From contig NC_087467.1 of NCBI RefSeq assembly GCF_036321535.1, positions 620,001-684,000 of the forward strand: a DNA stretch of 64,000 bases, given 5' to 3'. This stretch comes from Camelus dromedarius. Lineage: Eukaryota. Of this stretch, positions 10,643-23,000 are shown one piece after another (positions within the stretch are counted from its first letter, which is position 1; each line of letters opens with the position of its first letter). The notes beneath the pieces were generated by a model that did not search any database, was not told the origin of the DNA, and was given only the letters and a program-made list of their open reading frames with translations. Both the position numbers and the translations under genes were made by a program.

Positions 10643-10728
10643 CTTTTCATGCACATTGAAGCTCTCTTTCCACAAAAGTTTGGAACGTGGACCGACTACG
10701 CCAAAAGATACTGTAATGCACACATCAG
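10643..10728 (+). pseudogene. ZRANB3: ZRANB3 86-nt exon, apparently intact in isolation
   Basis: gtgtcag|CTT TTC ATG CAC ATT GAA GCT CTC TTT CCA CAA AAG TTT GGA ACG TGG ACC GAC TAC GCC AAA AGA TAC TGT AAT GCA CAC ATC AG|gtatga, which reads LFMHIEALFPQKFGTWTDYAKRYCNAHI(R). Confidence 0.92.
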
Positions 10729-11029
10729 GTATGACAGACTGTCTCATATTTACCGTGAACATTAAGCGTCATCAGTTAGCCTTTGTCCCGATGTTTTTCA
10801 AACTTGTGGTAGCCGTAGAATAGTTTCAAGTAAAATCTTGTGTGGATGACCCATATGTAAAATAAATAATCAAAAGTTGACAATGGCAGTTTTTCTTTAT
10901 TTTTTACCTTCCAAGCATTTCATTTTTGAAATTATTTATTTGTATTGATACCTGTGCGAGTTACGAAAAAGTGAAAAGTAAGTGCCCATTCCACCCAAGG
11001 CTCCCAGTCAGCCGTTTCCCTCGCAAGTA

Positions 11030-12030
11030 ACCAGTGGTGGTGGTTTCTTGTGTATCCTTCTGGAGGTACTCTCTGCATGAAAAAGCACGTATGATTATGT
11101 ATGTGTAATGTTATTTTATTTCTACATAAACTATTTGCTGTCTTCACCTCCTATGTGTTGGAGATCACTGCTTATCAGCTACTAGAAGAACCTTGCCCTC
11201 CTTTTTCCATGCTGCATGGATTCCACTGCTCAGGTGCACTGTAATGTACTTATGCAGTCAGCTATTAACAGACAGTTGTGTGTGGTGTATAGCTGTTGCA
11301 CGCAATGCAGCAATGAACATCCTTGCAGGTGCTGAGAAGTAATGTATTAGAGTGGCAAAGAGCATGCAAAACTAGAGCTAGACCACCTGTGTTTCATGTT
11401 CCTATTCAGTATTTCCCAGGTGTTTCATTTTAGGACAGCAACTTTATCTCCCTGTACCTTAATTTCTTCAGCTCTGTAAACAATACTTTTTCCTGCCTCA
11501 GAGAGTAATTATGAGGCTTACATTTGCTGTTACCTATAAAGGACTTGAACAATGACTGGTACATAGTGAGCACTCAATAATTATTAGCCATTTTAATATT
11601 TCATGTCATGAACATGGAAATAAATCTGTAAGATAAATTTATTAGAAGTGGAATTGCTGGTACAAAGGGCATATGCATTTTTATATTTAATCAACATTTG
11701 CAAAGTATTCTTATATCAATAGAAGACATACAAATTTATATTCCCACCAGCAGTAAGATTTCCCCCCCACACCTTGACAGCATATTTAAATAATTATTTC
11801 ATCTTGCCAATGTGATCTGGTGGTAATTTAATACACATTTGTCTTACGTTGTTAAATGCAGTCAAGCATGTTTTCATATATGTGAGACTTGTGTGTACTT
11901 TTTTTCTGTCAGTTGTCTATGTTCTTTGCCTTTCTTTCTACTAAACTTACTGGCTTTTTTTCTTATTGATATGCTGGAAATCTTTATATATTATAGCAGT
12001 CAGCTCTTTATCTGTGATATGAATCCCTCA
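11030..12030 (-). mobile_element. Old L1 (L1ME-like) antisense fragments interrupted by a MIR at about 11335-11600
   Basis: ggtttcttgtgtatccttc..; ttagaagtggaattgctggtacaaagggcatatgcattttt..; MIR core actttatctccctgtaccttaatttcttcagctctgtaaa. Confidence 0.6.
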
Positions 12031-13544
12031 CCTTTTCTCTCTCTGTGAGAAGTGATCCCATGTGGTAAACAGGCATGTGCATACCTCTCAAGGCATTTTC
12101 TTCTAGATTCCATTTCAAAAGTTTTGTGTTATTCCTTTACTTCTTTACCTTGAAAGCACTATGGTTCCATAGACACTGATTTAGATCAAGGCGCTTCCTG
12201 GCATTTTAAGTTAGTCTGTGGAATGTTAAACTTTTTCCCCCATAATGTTTGATTCTATAAAGTTGTCATTTTCACACTATAATGTTGCAGAAACCAAATT
12301 ATGGTTAGTTCTTCAGTTTTAGACCCTTATGTCATATTTGAAATGTCATGACTATATTAAAAATAAAGTTAAATGAAGCTTGAGCCAAAATACAGCTTTT
12401 CCTTTGTAAAGTTTATTACATACGTAAGTAATGGCAAACAGAAGTAGACTAATGTGAATGTGATTCAGAGATGAGAAGTCTAGGTACAGGCAGCCACCTA
12501 CCTGGTTTGGTTTGAGAGGCACAGAGAGTATTACTCAGAGCATCCCAGAGCCAAAATCCCTTGCATCATTCACTCTACTGGGTTATATTTAGAGCTAGCT
12601 ATAAATCTAGCTATGATTTGGAGAAGACAGCCCATTGAGTTGTCAGCCATGAGCACATTAGAGCTAGGAAGACTTTGCAGGCACACAGCCCCCGCCTCTG
12701 TCATTTTATGGGCACCTGGCAAGGTTAAATGGCTTGCCCTGTATCTGACCTCCTCTTACATATTTTTTTTTTCACTTTCCTGGCAGTAAAGAAAATTTAG
12801 GGAACGGCAACTTTGATAAATATTCTTTTACATAGGAAAAAAGGACACATAGGTAATCCAGCCAGGATTGGCTGCTGGCATCCTCTTAGCAGCAGCCCCT
12901 CCCTTGACGTCATGCTTAAAGGTTAGGAATGTCTTCACAGTAATTTATCAAGTTTTCTGAACTTTCTTTACAGCTGATATTTTGTGCCAGTTTTACCTCT
13001 TAGGAGAAACAATTATCTAAATTTTTATGAGAGGGAGAATGCTAAGTGATATAGTACATTTTAAAGGTCTTTATAGTCACTGCCCAAAAGTGTTAATGAA
13101 TAGGTCATGTCAGCTTCAAAAAATGTCTTTGATGGAACTGCACTGTGCTTTGTCCTTCGCACTGTTGCATTTAATGTTCTCACCCATGGCTAAATAGAGG
13201 TCAGGTCTATCCCATTGCCAAATGGCTCAAATCTGAGAGAAATAGTATACTGGATGGCAGAGGTAAATTTGAAAAATAATTCGACAAAAATTCTGTACTT
13301 TATGCTTAGAAAATCTGCTTTGTGTGGAAGAGATCTGAGAAATCCTCACCTATTATAAGTAGTTCAGTTTAGTTTAAAAAGACTTCTGGTTTTGAATAAC
13401 CGTAGGCTAAATTAAAGGCAAGTGTCTATCATAAATAATAAAAAATAAAGACATATTAGGACACAATCAAACTGGCATCCAGAGTAAGGGATGCTTCTGC
13501 TCCACTCCTTGATTAGACTACATCTGGAGTTTAACTTTTACTTA

Positions 13545-14130
13545 ATCCACTCATTCAAAGAATATTTATAGGGAGATGGGTAGAGCTCAGTGGTAGAGTG
13601 TGTGCTTAGCACGCACAAGGTCCTGGGTTCAATCCCCAGTGCCTCTAAATAAATTTTAAAATAAGATAATTTTTAAAAATATTGATAAGGTGCCTGTGAC
13701 CTGCCATGCCTGTGCTCGGTATCAAGCATAGATTAGAGAACAAGACTAAAGTATGGATCAGAGAACAAGGTCCCCAGCCTTCACTGTTTTCAAGTCAGAT
13801 GCTCACCAGATAATCACAGCTGTGATGAGTGTCATAAAAGGGAGGCAAAGGGCATAGTGGCAGAGTTCAGTAGAATTATTTCAGTCACTACAATCAAAAG
13901 GACCAAGAGGCGTCCTGTGAGGAAGTGATACTGACTTGTGTTCCAGGATGAGGACTTTTACGCAGTAAGGCTCAGAGCAAATGAGGCTGCCCTGTCTTTG
14001 AGGAAGTAAAAGAAGTCCAGTTCAGCTGATTATTCCTGAGCTAACTGAAGAGCGGGTCTCAAGACAAGATGCAGTTAGGCAGGGTCATGTCATACAGGGT
14101 CTTGTACTTCCTGTAATAGCAGTCAGAAGG
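13545..14130 (-). mobile_element. L2 LINE fragment carrying a SINE insertion
   Basis: cactcattcaaagaatattt..gtgcctgtgacctgccatgcctgtgct..acaaggtccccagccttca..; L2 3'-end pattern. Confidence 0.55.
13571..13678 (+). mobile_element. tRNA-Ala-derived SINE, camelid Vic-1 type
   Basis: gggagatgggtagagctcagtggtagagtgtgtgcttagcacgcacaaggtcctgggttcaatccccagtgcctct plus an A-rich tail. Imperfect TSD aatatttata / aatattgata. Confidence 0.85.
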
Positions 14131-14164
14131 CGCTGGAGGGGGTTTTGTGTTACTTTTTTAGTTA

Positions 14165-14400
14165 CCAGTATTGCAGGTTTTTTTTTTTTTAATTACACTA
14201 CAGTATACTTGAGGAAATGTACCATTTTAACCATTCTTGTTTAGAGTTCAGTGATACTGAGTTCATTCACCTTGTTCTGCAACCATCACCACCATCTGCC
14301 TCCAGAACTTTAATGAGCACTGGCACATTTCCCATTACATTCCCATTATTATAAACAATAATTCCCCATTCCCATTCCCCTTGTCCCCCCAGCCCCAGAC
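14165..14400 (-). mobile_element. L1 3'-end fragment, antisense
   Basis: A poly-T run, then accattttaaccatt..ttcaccttgttctgcaaccatcaccaccatctgcctccagaact. Confidence 0.7.
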
Positions 14401-14570
14401 CCTGCATTGGGGGATTTTAAAGCATGAAATACATGCATGATTAATTAGTTTTACAAGTTCTATTTGTTATTTTTTAAGATAATGTTTTCACATGGCTCAA
14501 AATTCTAGTCCTATAGAAACTCATACGCTTTCAAAAAAATCTCTTTCACCTCAGTTTTTCTTCCTTTAGG

Positions 14571-14811
14571 CAACTATGTGTAATTTTTAATCTTTGCACA
14601 GAAATTGTGTGCATTTGCAAGCAAATGACTATTTTGGATACTCTCAATACCACAAAGCCATAAAAAAGGCTGAAGGTATTTATGTATACAAAACAGGACA
14701 AGTAAGGGAAGTACAAAATAACGTGGATGTTTATAATAACTAGTTAAAAATAGTAATTTGCTTTCAAATGCACACAATTTCTGTGCAAAGATTAAAAACT
14801 ACACATAGTTG
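14571..14811. repeat. Inverted repeat: 65-bp arms (62/65 identical) around a 111-bp spacer
   Basis: Left arm 14571-14635 (caactatgtgtaatttttaatctttgcacagaaattgtgtgcatttgcaagcaaatgactatttt) is the reverse complement of 14747-14811 with 3 mismatches. Confidence 0.95.
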
Positions 14812-15679
14812 TGGTGTCAGAGGGTAAAAATATTATCAAGGAATGAAATTTAATAGGAAGGTAGATTTTGGCTTAATATAGAAAATAAAATATGCATACT
14901 TATTTATGTATATAGAATACTTAAAACAATAAAAATATGTAACACACTACAATAAGAATGGAACAGAAAAATACTGTAATTCAACACTACTACCAAGTAA
15001 GTTGTTTTCATTTTTCTTCATTTCTACCCTTGTCCGTCGGTCTAATAACTCTAACAGAGCCTGCATGTGATGCCATCACCTGCTCCTCTCAATTAGCACC
15101 ACTTGTCCCATGCTTTAGCATTGTCTTTGCGAGTTGTTTTATTTTCTTTATTTTTACTAATTTAAAGATAGTTTATTGCTCTTGGAAAAATAATTCATAC
15201 TTATTTTAACAAATGAAACAAAGAGAAATGAGTTTTTAAATAGGTAAAAACTGAACTCTCACTGCCCAGAGGTACCCAATAATAATGTGTTTTGGTAACT
15301 TTCCCTCTAGACAGCTTCTCTGCTGAGGAGCATGGTGGTAAGTAGAGAGAGAGAGAGAAAATTTTATATAAATAGGGCTATGTTATACATACTTCTATAA
15401 TACACTTTTTTCATTAAACACAATTTTTAGGGTATATCTTTCTATATCAGTAACTAAAATACGTCATTTTTATTAGCTTCATGGTATTACATTTTACATA
15501 TGATGCTATGCCATGTATTTTAGATGTGTTATCGTCAATACTTTTAACAATCCTACAAAGATGATGAAATTATGGCCATTTTATAGACAAGTAAACTGAG
15601 ATTTAGAAAGATTAAGTAGCTTGTCCAAGTCACAAAACTAAAAAGTCAAAGAGCAGTAATATGAACACCGCTTACCATC

Positions 15680-16790
15680 CTCAGGATTTTGAAGTCATTT
15701 CTCCATCGTCTCTATTGCTGTTCGTAATCATAACACCTGTCTAACTTTTGATCCTTTGCATGTTTCGTGTACATTTCTTTCCCCCTGTCCTGGAAACTTG
15801 TAAGATTGTCCTTTATCCCTGTTATTCTGTAACTTCATAAAAATGTGCCTGGGTTGTGTCCTTTTTATTCAAATGATGGGCACTAATCCCTTTTAACCTC
15901 AAAATTTGAGTTCTTATGTCTGGGAAATATTATTAACCTTTTCTTTCCTTTTCCTTCAGTGTTTCTTTCTGGAACTACTATTTTTTTATGTATTGGTCCT
16001 TAAGTTTTTTATTTTTTGTTTTACTTTTCGGGAGCTTTCCTCCTTTATTCCACATTTTTCTGTTGAATTTTTGTTTTAGCTAAAGAAAACAGCTAAAATA
16101 TTATAAATTATTAACCATAATTTCTTAATCTTTATACCCTCTGTATTCAAATAGCCTTCTATTTTGGGATGCTTGTTGCTGAAGTTTTGGGGGTTGTTTT
16201 GTTTTGGTTTTTTTGTATTGTTTTATTTTTTAACTTTTGCTTGCTGCATCCTATGTTTACTGTGAATTTTTTTTTTATTTGTCATGTTTTGGTCTCTGTT
16301 GTTCACATCAGAGGCTTTCTTCAATGTCTTGTTGAGTCTTGAATGGCCATTCATATTTTAAACTGAAAAGGTAGAAAGCTTATTAGAAGAGCTTTTTGAC
16401 TAGAAAAAGATGGGCTTTTCATTGGGAAATCCTCAGATATCATTATGTGGAGGTCATCTTTCTGTGACCTTTTAAGTTTTTAAAAGAAAAAAATAGTCCA
16501 TTCTTCTGTTGTAAGTGTCTTGGAGGTTTCAACCTGGCTACCATGTGTTTGGCATGAACAAGGGAGGGAGAATAATGATCTCAGTGCTTCCTAAGCAACT
16601 CTAACTCAGTCTCTCTGGTTCCCATATGGCATCTGTCCTCACCTCCTACTGTTCTTGGTTTCCCTAGATTTAAACTGGTTCAATTTCTCTTGTAGAATAA
16701 AACTATGGTCTCATGCAGGAGGGGTAGTAACATGGTGGCATGGAATGGGGAGAAAGGGCACTTAGCAATTCCTTATACAGATTTTCAACC
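15680..16790 (-). mobile_element. Old L1 5'/ORF1-region fragments, antisense
   Basis: T-rich sequence resembling antisense ancient L1 (ttttgaagtcatttctccat..tctggaactactattttt..gaggctttcttcaatgtct). Highly diverged. Confidence 0.45.
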
Positions 16791-16814
16791 AGTGTCCCTA
16801 TTTTTAGCCGGGGT

Positions 16815-17030
16815 GAATCTTTAAAACATTATGGTAAATGAGTTCGGCCAGGCACAATTAATAGAGCCAGAAAATATACCCGTGTTTGCCAGAGGCTGGA
16901 TGGAGGTAGGGGCAGGAGAGCTGATAATAACTGCTAATGGGTTTGCCGTTTCCTTTTAGGGGGATGGAAATGTCCTAGAATTAGATAGTAGTGATGGTTG
17001 AACAACTTTGTGAATATACTAAAACCACTG
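16815..17030 (+). mobile_element. L1 3' UTR fragment, sense, ending abruptly before its tail
   Basis: gatggaaatgtcctagaattagatagtagtgatggttgaacaactttgtgaatatactaaaaccactg, then unrelated sequence. Confidence 0.75.
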
Positions 17031-20000
17031 GAAAATCACAAGTAAAAGCAATGAACTTCACGTATTCAACAGAAAAATGTGTTATGACTCCTTTTATTTA
17101 ATGATTAGTAAGAAAATCAGTAACAAGACTGATGAACTCATCAAAACAACAACAACAAAAAAAACTACCTTCCTGAAAAAACTGTCCTTGAAATATTAAG
17201 ACCAGATTATCAAGAAGTAATGCCTTGTCATACAAATGTAATTTTGTCACATTTTCTACATTTCAAATTCCAAGATGCGTGTCAGGACTGGCATCCATTC
17301 TCAAAAAGAAACTTGTATAAAGTACTTGTGGCCCGTTAGCGGAAATAATCATAAAAATATTACAACCTCAAATACATGTGTCTATCTGTGCAACTCAGGG
17401 TAGAAGGAAGCAATACCTGGGACTAGCAAATCGCACAGGGCAGCAAACTGTCTTATCCGCTTCAGATGAAATGGTCAAGGCTTAAGAAGCTACACAAATG
17501 GAAAGCAACATTAAAATTAGTGTCACCAACTGGGTCAGAAGAACGCAAACCTCTTCTAGGCTTGAATGTTTGAAAGAGATTACTGTGTGCTTGCATCCCT
17601 AGCTTGGAAATTTGGAAAGGGAAAAAGAATTGACTTGTTCCTTCCTTTGAAATAACTATTCACAAACACAGTATCAGAAACTATAATTCATGACCTGTCT
17701 TTGGGAAAAGTATATAAAACCTTCTCTCCGACTGTTGTACTTGGGTTCATGGCTTTGCCCTTCTTTATTTTGTCTGTCAGTCCCTTACTACCTCACTTCC
17801 TCTAGACTGATTTGGATTGTAGTCCAGTCTGTTGTAGTGGACACTGTATTTCTGGCCTAATATCCATCTCTATTTCTTTTGGAAGCAGCTCCTCGATGCT
17901 GCTTTGGGAAACGGAGTCTCCTCCCAGCGCCCGTGCTCTTCAGATCGCTGCCAGTCAGAGCATCTTAACCTCCGATAACCTCGGGTGGGTGAGGGAGTGA
18001 AGCAAAGCCATCAGTCTCCCCAGGCATCAGTCTGTATCCGAGAGGCAGAAGGTAGATAAATGGTGCCAGTCCATCCCTTCTGCAGGTCCGCAAGGGGAAC
18101 GGTTGCCCATTTATTGCTAATAGATCCTTGAAACAGGTCCTTATTTTGTAGAAGTTCTACTGTTCATCCTTTGATTTATAAAGCATTGTCTTATCCTCTC
18201 AGCAAATGTCTTCTCTGTGCTCAATTTCCCATACTACGTTTCTGTTGCTTGAATTGTACTATTTCCCCTCAACTTGGGATTTTAGACACTGCTCACAGCT
18301 TATCTAGCAACACAGTGAGAGACTGGGAAATCATACTACATCCTGGAAGTAAGTCTGCAACTGATACTGTTATTGCAGAATTGCCTTCCACTCTTACCTG
18401 CCTCCTCAGTGCACGCGGTTAAGGGAGAGGCCAGAAGAGAAGCCAGACAGTCTTTTAAATTTGTTTGATTCCTTGTGGTATGGTTTTATATTTTCATTGA
18501 CTTGAAAAATAAAAATCAATTTTCTCTGTGGGAGAGAGGGGTATGTAAATATGTATCTATATATTGTATAAATATAATGTACATTCACCAGTTGTTCAAT
18601 GACAATATAAAGTGAATCATTAATTCAGAAAGCATGTTTTCTTTAATCAATTTATTCATTTAAAACCAATGAACTAACTTTGTGCAGAGTCATCTTTTGG
18701 TCCCACTTCTGTAATTCTGAGTAATTTCCTGTAAAGTTTTAACAATCTGATTTACCTCTTAAATTATACCAGTGTTATTTTTGCTAATTCAGAATGTTCA
18801 TTATTCAGGGCAAAGCTTTGCTATTATTGCAAATGGCACGTCCACAGAAGGATTTCCTATCTAATTATGGAGAAATCTAGATGACTTATTCTACATTATT
18901 CTGAAAAATTAAAAATTTGCCATTAAAAATGGCTTTCAGTGAAAAACATTGACACAGAGGGAACGTAAAGTCAATATATAGTGAGTAAATAAAGATGATT
19001 GTGGAAAGATAACTGTCCTCCAACCTAGGCAAAGATGTTTATTGCTGTGGGGCAGAAAATAAGCTATAGCTTTAATTATGGTAAAAAAAAAAAATGAAAT
19101 ATATTATCTAATTCATCTTACCTTAACTAAGTAAGAATAAGCTCATCATGACAGAAGAATTTCTCCCTGACTGTGAATTCTTTAAAAACATTTCCATATT
19201 AATTTTATGCAAGAAACAATGGATCTCACACTGTGCAGTGTCTCCAGCCTTTCTGTCAATGAAGAGTGTTTGAGGTGCGTGTGGCAAAAGAAGCCGGGAA
19301 ACCAACAAAGTTCACTGCCCCCCTTAATTGCAAGTCAAAAGGCGGATTGGCTGGACTCACACCTTGAACTAGGCAAGCAAGATGCATTTCTTCATCCTTT
19401 CCCTCCTGTGTTTTCATTTCTGTGTCATCACAAGATGCCTTCTGGGCATTTCCAGGTTGAAGTCCAGAAGCCAAAAGTCTTTCCAGTTGGAATCTTCATT
19501 AGTTTCATTAAGCCTGATAAGATGCTGATCTCTCCTTAGGTCTCTGCAGCTGGGAGTGTGAGATCTACTCCATTTAGGGATGGTATTGGCTCCCCTGAAA
19601 GAACACGGGTGAGACTGAAGGAGGGAGAGCCTCCCAGGGAGAGATTAGGAAATTAGGATGAAGGTAATTCATTTCTCTGTCTCTTCCTCTTTAAATTTTT
19701 GGGAACATTTTGTATATTCATACATATTTCATGTTGTTTTGTATATGCATTCATTCTTGTCATTGATGTTTCTACAATGAAAATGATGTTGAATTGAATC
19801 TCCTAACTAGAGCAACATGGCCCAGCACAGAGAATGCATATATGTGAAGTCAGAGGCCAAGGGTACCAGATGAAGGCTTGAAACAATAATCCTTTGAAAA
19901 TTTGCACCAATCTTTGGGAAAGGCTTTAGATCTCTGCTGGCCATGGAATTTCTGCTGGTTCTTAATAGACAGGGGATTCCCCTAGCTGATTGTGAGTGTT

Positions 20001-23000
20001 AGTCGCATTTTGAGTCATACTAATATCAATTAAATCTGGATAAAATATAGTAAATTACTAAACATATCCACCAATGCTTGAATTTTACTATAGCACAATA
20101 GCTGTACAATGAAAGTAGGTTTAGTCAAATTGAATCTCAGTCAAGTTTAATTACTTATGGAAGTAATACAAGATCATTATTAAAAGCTTGTTTTGTCAGT
20201 AGGATGCAGGCATTCTAGAAGCTCTGACCTCAATATATATGTAAATGTACGAGTTAAATTCTTAAGTGTAGCCATCAGATCTGACAGAAGTCAAGGCTAT
20301 CTTAAAAAGAATGCTGACTACATTGAATGAAATGTTGTTCTTAGGTCTCCCACCATTCTACAACGAGAGGCATGATTTATTTTTAATGTATCATCTTCGT
20401 ATTGTTCATGAAAGACTCTTTAGAGCTTTTTCCATTGGAAGATACTCCCTTTTATTTTATTTTTAAATGAATAGATGGTTTGTGATATGCTGAAGAGACA
20501 CAAATACCAGCTCTCCAGGCTACTGATATGTTCCCTTTAAATTGTGAGCTCACAAAATGCAGGGTTCACATTCACATCTCTAACATTAAACCAGTGCCTT
20601 GAACATCACGACAGTGCAGTAAATGGCTTTGACCTGAACAGATCTAAGAGGAAGCAACCAGTCACGCACTACTGGTATTTCATACCTAATGAGTGAATCA
20701 CCACACTTCTTACGTATTTTGTTACCTAATACTTCTTATATGTCTGTAAAAATCAATATATGATTTGTGATACTTTTAATGGATACTAAACTGATAAAAG
20801 CGTTTCGCGTTATCACACAAATTAAGGGCTGGCACAGATTTAATCGATGTTTATTGAATGAATTCATTTCAAAGTCACCTTGAATCTGGAACAATCATTG
20901 TTATGTTGAATTCCTGGATGCAAGCAAATCAAGCATAAGATAGATATAAAATATTTAGTCATCTTATCTTTGGTCAAAATTTATGGCATCCTAGAGCAAA
21001 TACAAGCCAAGTCACTCTGCAAGGCTATACACTAGAGGACTGGGAGAACCTGAATTATGATTTGATTTAATTTAATGTAAATTTTGTTCAGTAAGATGCC
21101 AGAGATTCCTTCATTAGGTGTTAGGATCCAGTGTAAGTAGACGCTATTGTAAGAAAACCTTTCATTCTACACAAAACCCCATGCCTATCAACACAATAAA
21201 TTTCATGGACCAATAAATTATCAAATAATTTACTGTTTCACACTGAGATTCCTGAATATACTGAGCTCCCATTTTATTTGAAAGGCTGTTATGATCTACA
21301 AGAAATTGATTTTGGTTTCAGTTCTTCTAAATCTTATTTTTATTAAAATAAGTTTCATCCAGACTATCTGTCCCCAAGTCTGATGGATCGTCAAAAGCAC
21401 TGGGAGAACTTTTATTAAAAATAAAGAGTCTGTGATCTTTTCCCCAGAGATTCCTATCTAGCAGGTCTGGGTGGGCCCGAAGGGATTCTCAGGATAAGCC
21501 AGATGGGGGACCATCAATGTGGGTCCAGTTATGAGCCAAGAATACTTGCCCAAGTTTGGAGTTAAAGACTAGATTTACACCTGGATTAGTTACAAACTGA
21601 CTGTCATTATTTTCCTTTGGAAGAGATCAGCTTCTGAGTTGTTTTTGTTTAAAATGGGTTAACACTCTGACCAGGTAAAAGTTCCTGTTCCCTCTCAATC
21701 TCTAATAACGTGATTTATGGCCGTACACGAAATGTTGACTTTTCAGTAGGGCCTGCAGCTTAGTAAAAAGTCCGTCTGCTTGTTGTACCCAGGAAATTCA
21801 GAGGGTGTTACTGGAAAGAAAAAGAACTTCATTTAGAATTATCTACAATGTTCATTTCAGAGTAAAATAAAGCTTACATATTATTTATTTCTGCACAAAC
21901 AAGCTGTGTATTTCTATACTGAGAGGCATGAATTATTAGCAAGCTGAGGGCTGGATCGTTGTTAAGATATCACAGATGATCCAAATAATCTGGTTTCAAA
22001 TGCCAAACACCATTATAAGCAGATGTGCTGGAGCTATTTGCTAGTGTTTGGCTCATTTGTGTAATGGCAGAAGGGGTCTCCCCTGATGAACATTGTAATC
22101 CAGTTTCACCTCAGTGAATTTCCATTCAACCACATCAAAGTCCCAACCCGGAAAAGTACTCAACAATTATTCAAGTCAGGATACCAGTGCCTAGAACATT
22201 TATAAATACATGCATACAGGCAAAAACCTCATCATTTACCTTTGAAATTAATGTCAGCTTGTGATTAAAATGAAAGAAATATCCTCAGTTGCCCAGTACA
22301 TCAAAATTTTGCATCATTACTCTGCCCTCAGCATCAGTAGATTACTTGATTCCTTTTTTGCCTTATTTTTCACATGTGAATCCTAAATCTCAGATCTCAT
22401 TTCGGGGAAGGAAAAAAAAAAATCCAACTCTGAATTCAGTGGAGTTACTTCACGCCCTGATAATGGAAAAAGAATTAACTTAATTCCAGGCTCATCCCTT
22501 CACGTGAATTTGGATAAGATTATATTCAAGATCCTTCCAGTTCTAAAGATTTTTTAATTCCATGATTTTTCCAGATTGATAGAGATCCTCAGATTGACAG
22601 AAGATTTGCAACAGGAATATTTAAATAAAAATAATGCTTTTCTCATTCAGATAACAAAATATAAACTGCTGTTCCATCCTTGACATTATTTATGACTTTC
22701 CTCATCTTGCTTTTCTTTCGATAATGTCTTATTCTCTTCTTTTAGTTTTTTTTCCTTTTATTTTATTCATATATTTTACTCTGTAAAGAAATACATCCTA
22801 TTTATTATGTTTGCAATGAGTTGTAAGTAACTATGCATTTCAAGCATATGTTGCTGCTACTACTTAAAATTGCTTCCCATGTGCATTTCATTATTTTAAT
22901 ATTTCAAATACCAATAACATTTTACCATAAATAAATAAAATTGTTTCGTTTCACTTTCATTTGTACACAGGAGTTTACACTGCAGGGACTCAATGTCATT

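Larger units (their letters stand above)
3797..10728 (+). pseudogene. ZRANB3: Unprocessed (intron-containing) ZRANB3 pseudogene fragment; three consecutive helicase-domain exons (about exons 4-6 of the human gene)
   Basis: Three separated exon remnants translate in the correct order to [20 protein letters not shown], then RISASKVPVLDYGLLTTDAETL..DALNNQNFRVV..GTPALGRPEE, then LFMHIEALFPQKFGTWTDYAKRYCNAHI. This matches recalled human ZRANB3 ([25 protein letters not shown] / DALNNQNFKVVIVDESHYMKSRNA / LFMQIEALFPQKFGRWTDYAKRYCNAHIR) and not its paralogue SMARCAL1. Several disabling lesions are visible. Confidence 0.9.

Noticed and set aside
12362-12367. AATAAA as a polyA site for a truncated ZRANB3 transcript
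   Set aside because: AATAAA is frequent in this AT-rich DNA and nothing independent supports a terminal exon.
18790-18845. NVHY..IIANGT resembling ZRANB3 VNIHYLIANGT from a later exon
   Set aside because: It needs an 18-nt insertion and the flanks do not match (no QAEDRAHRIGQ upstream). The true remnants here are far better conserved, so this is treated as chance.
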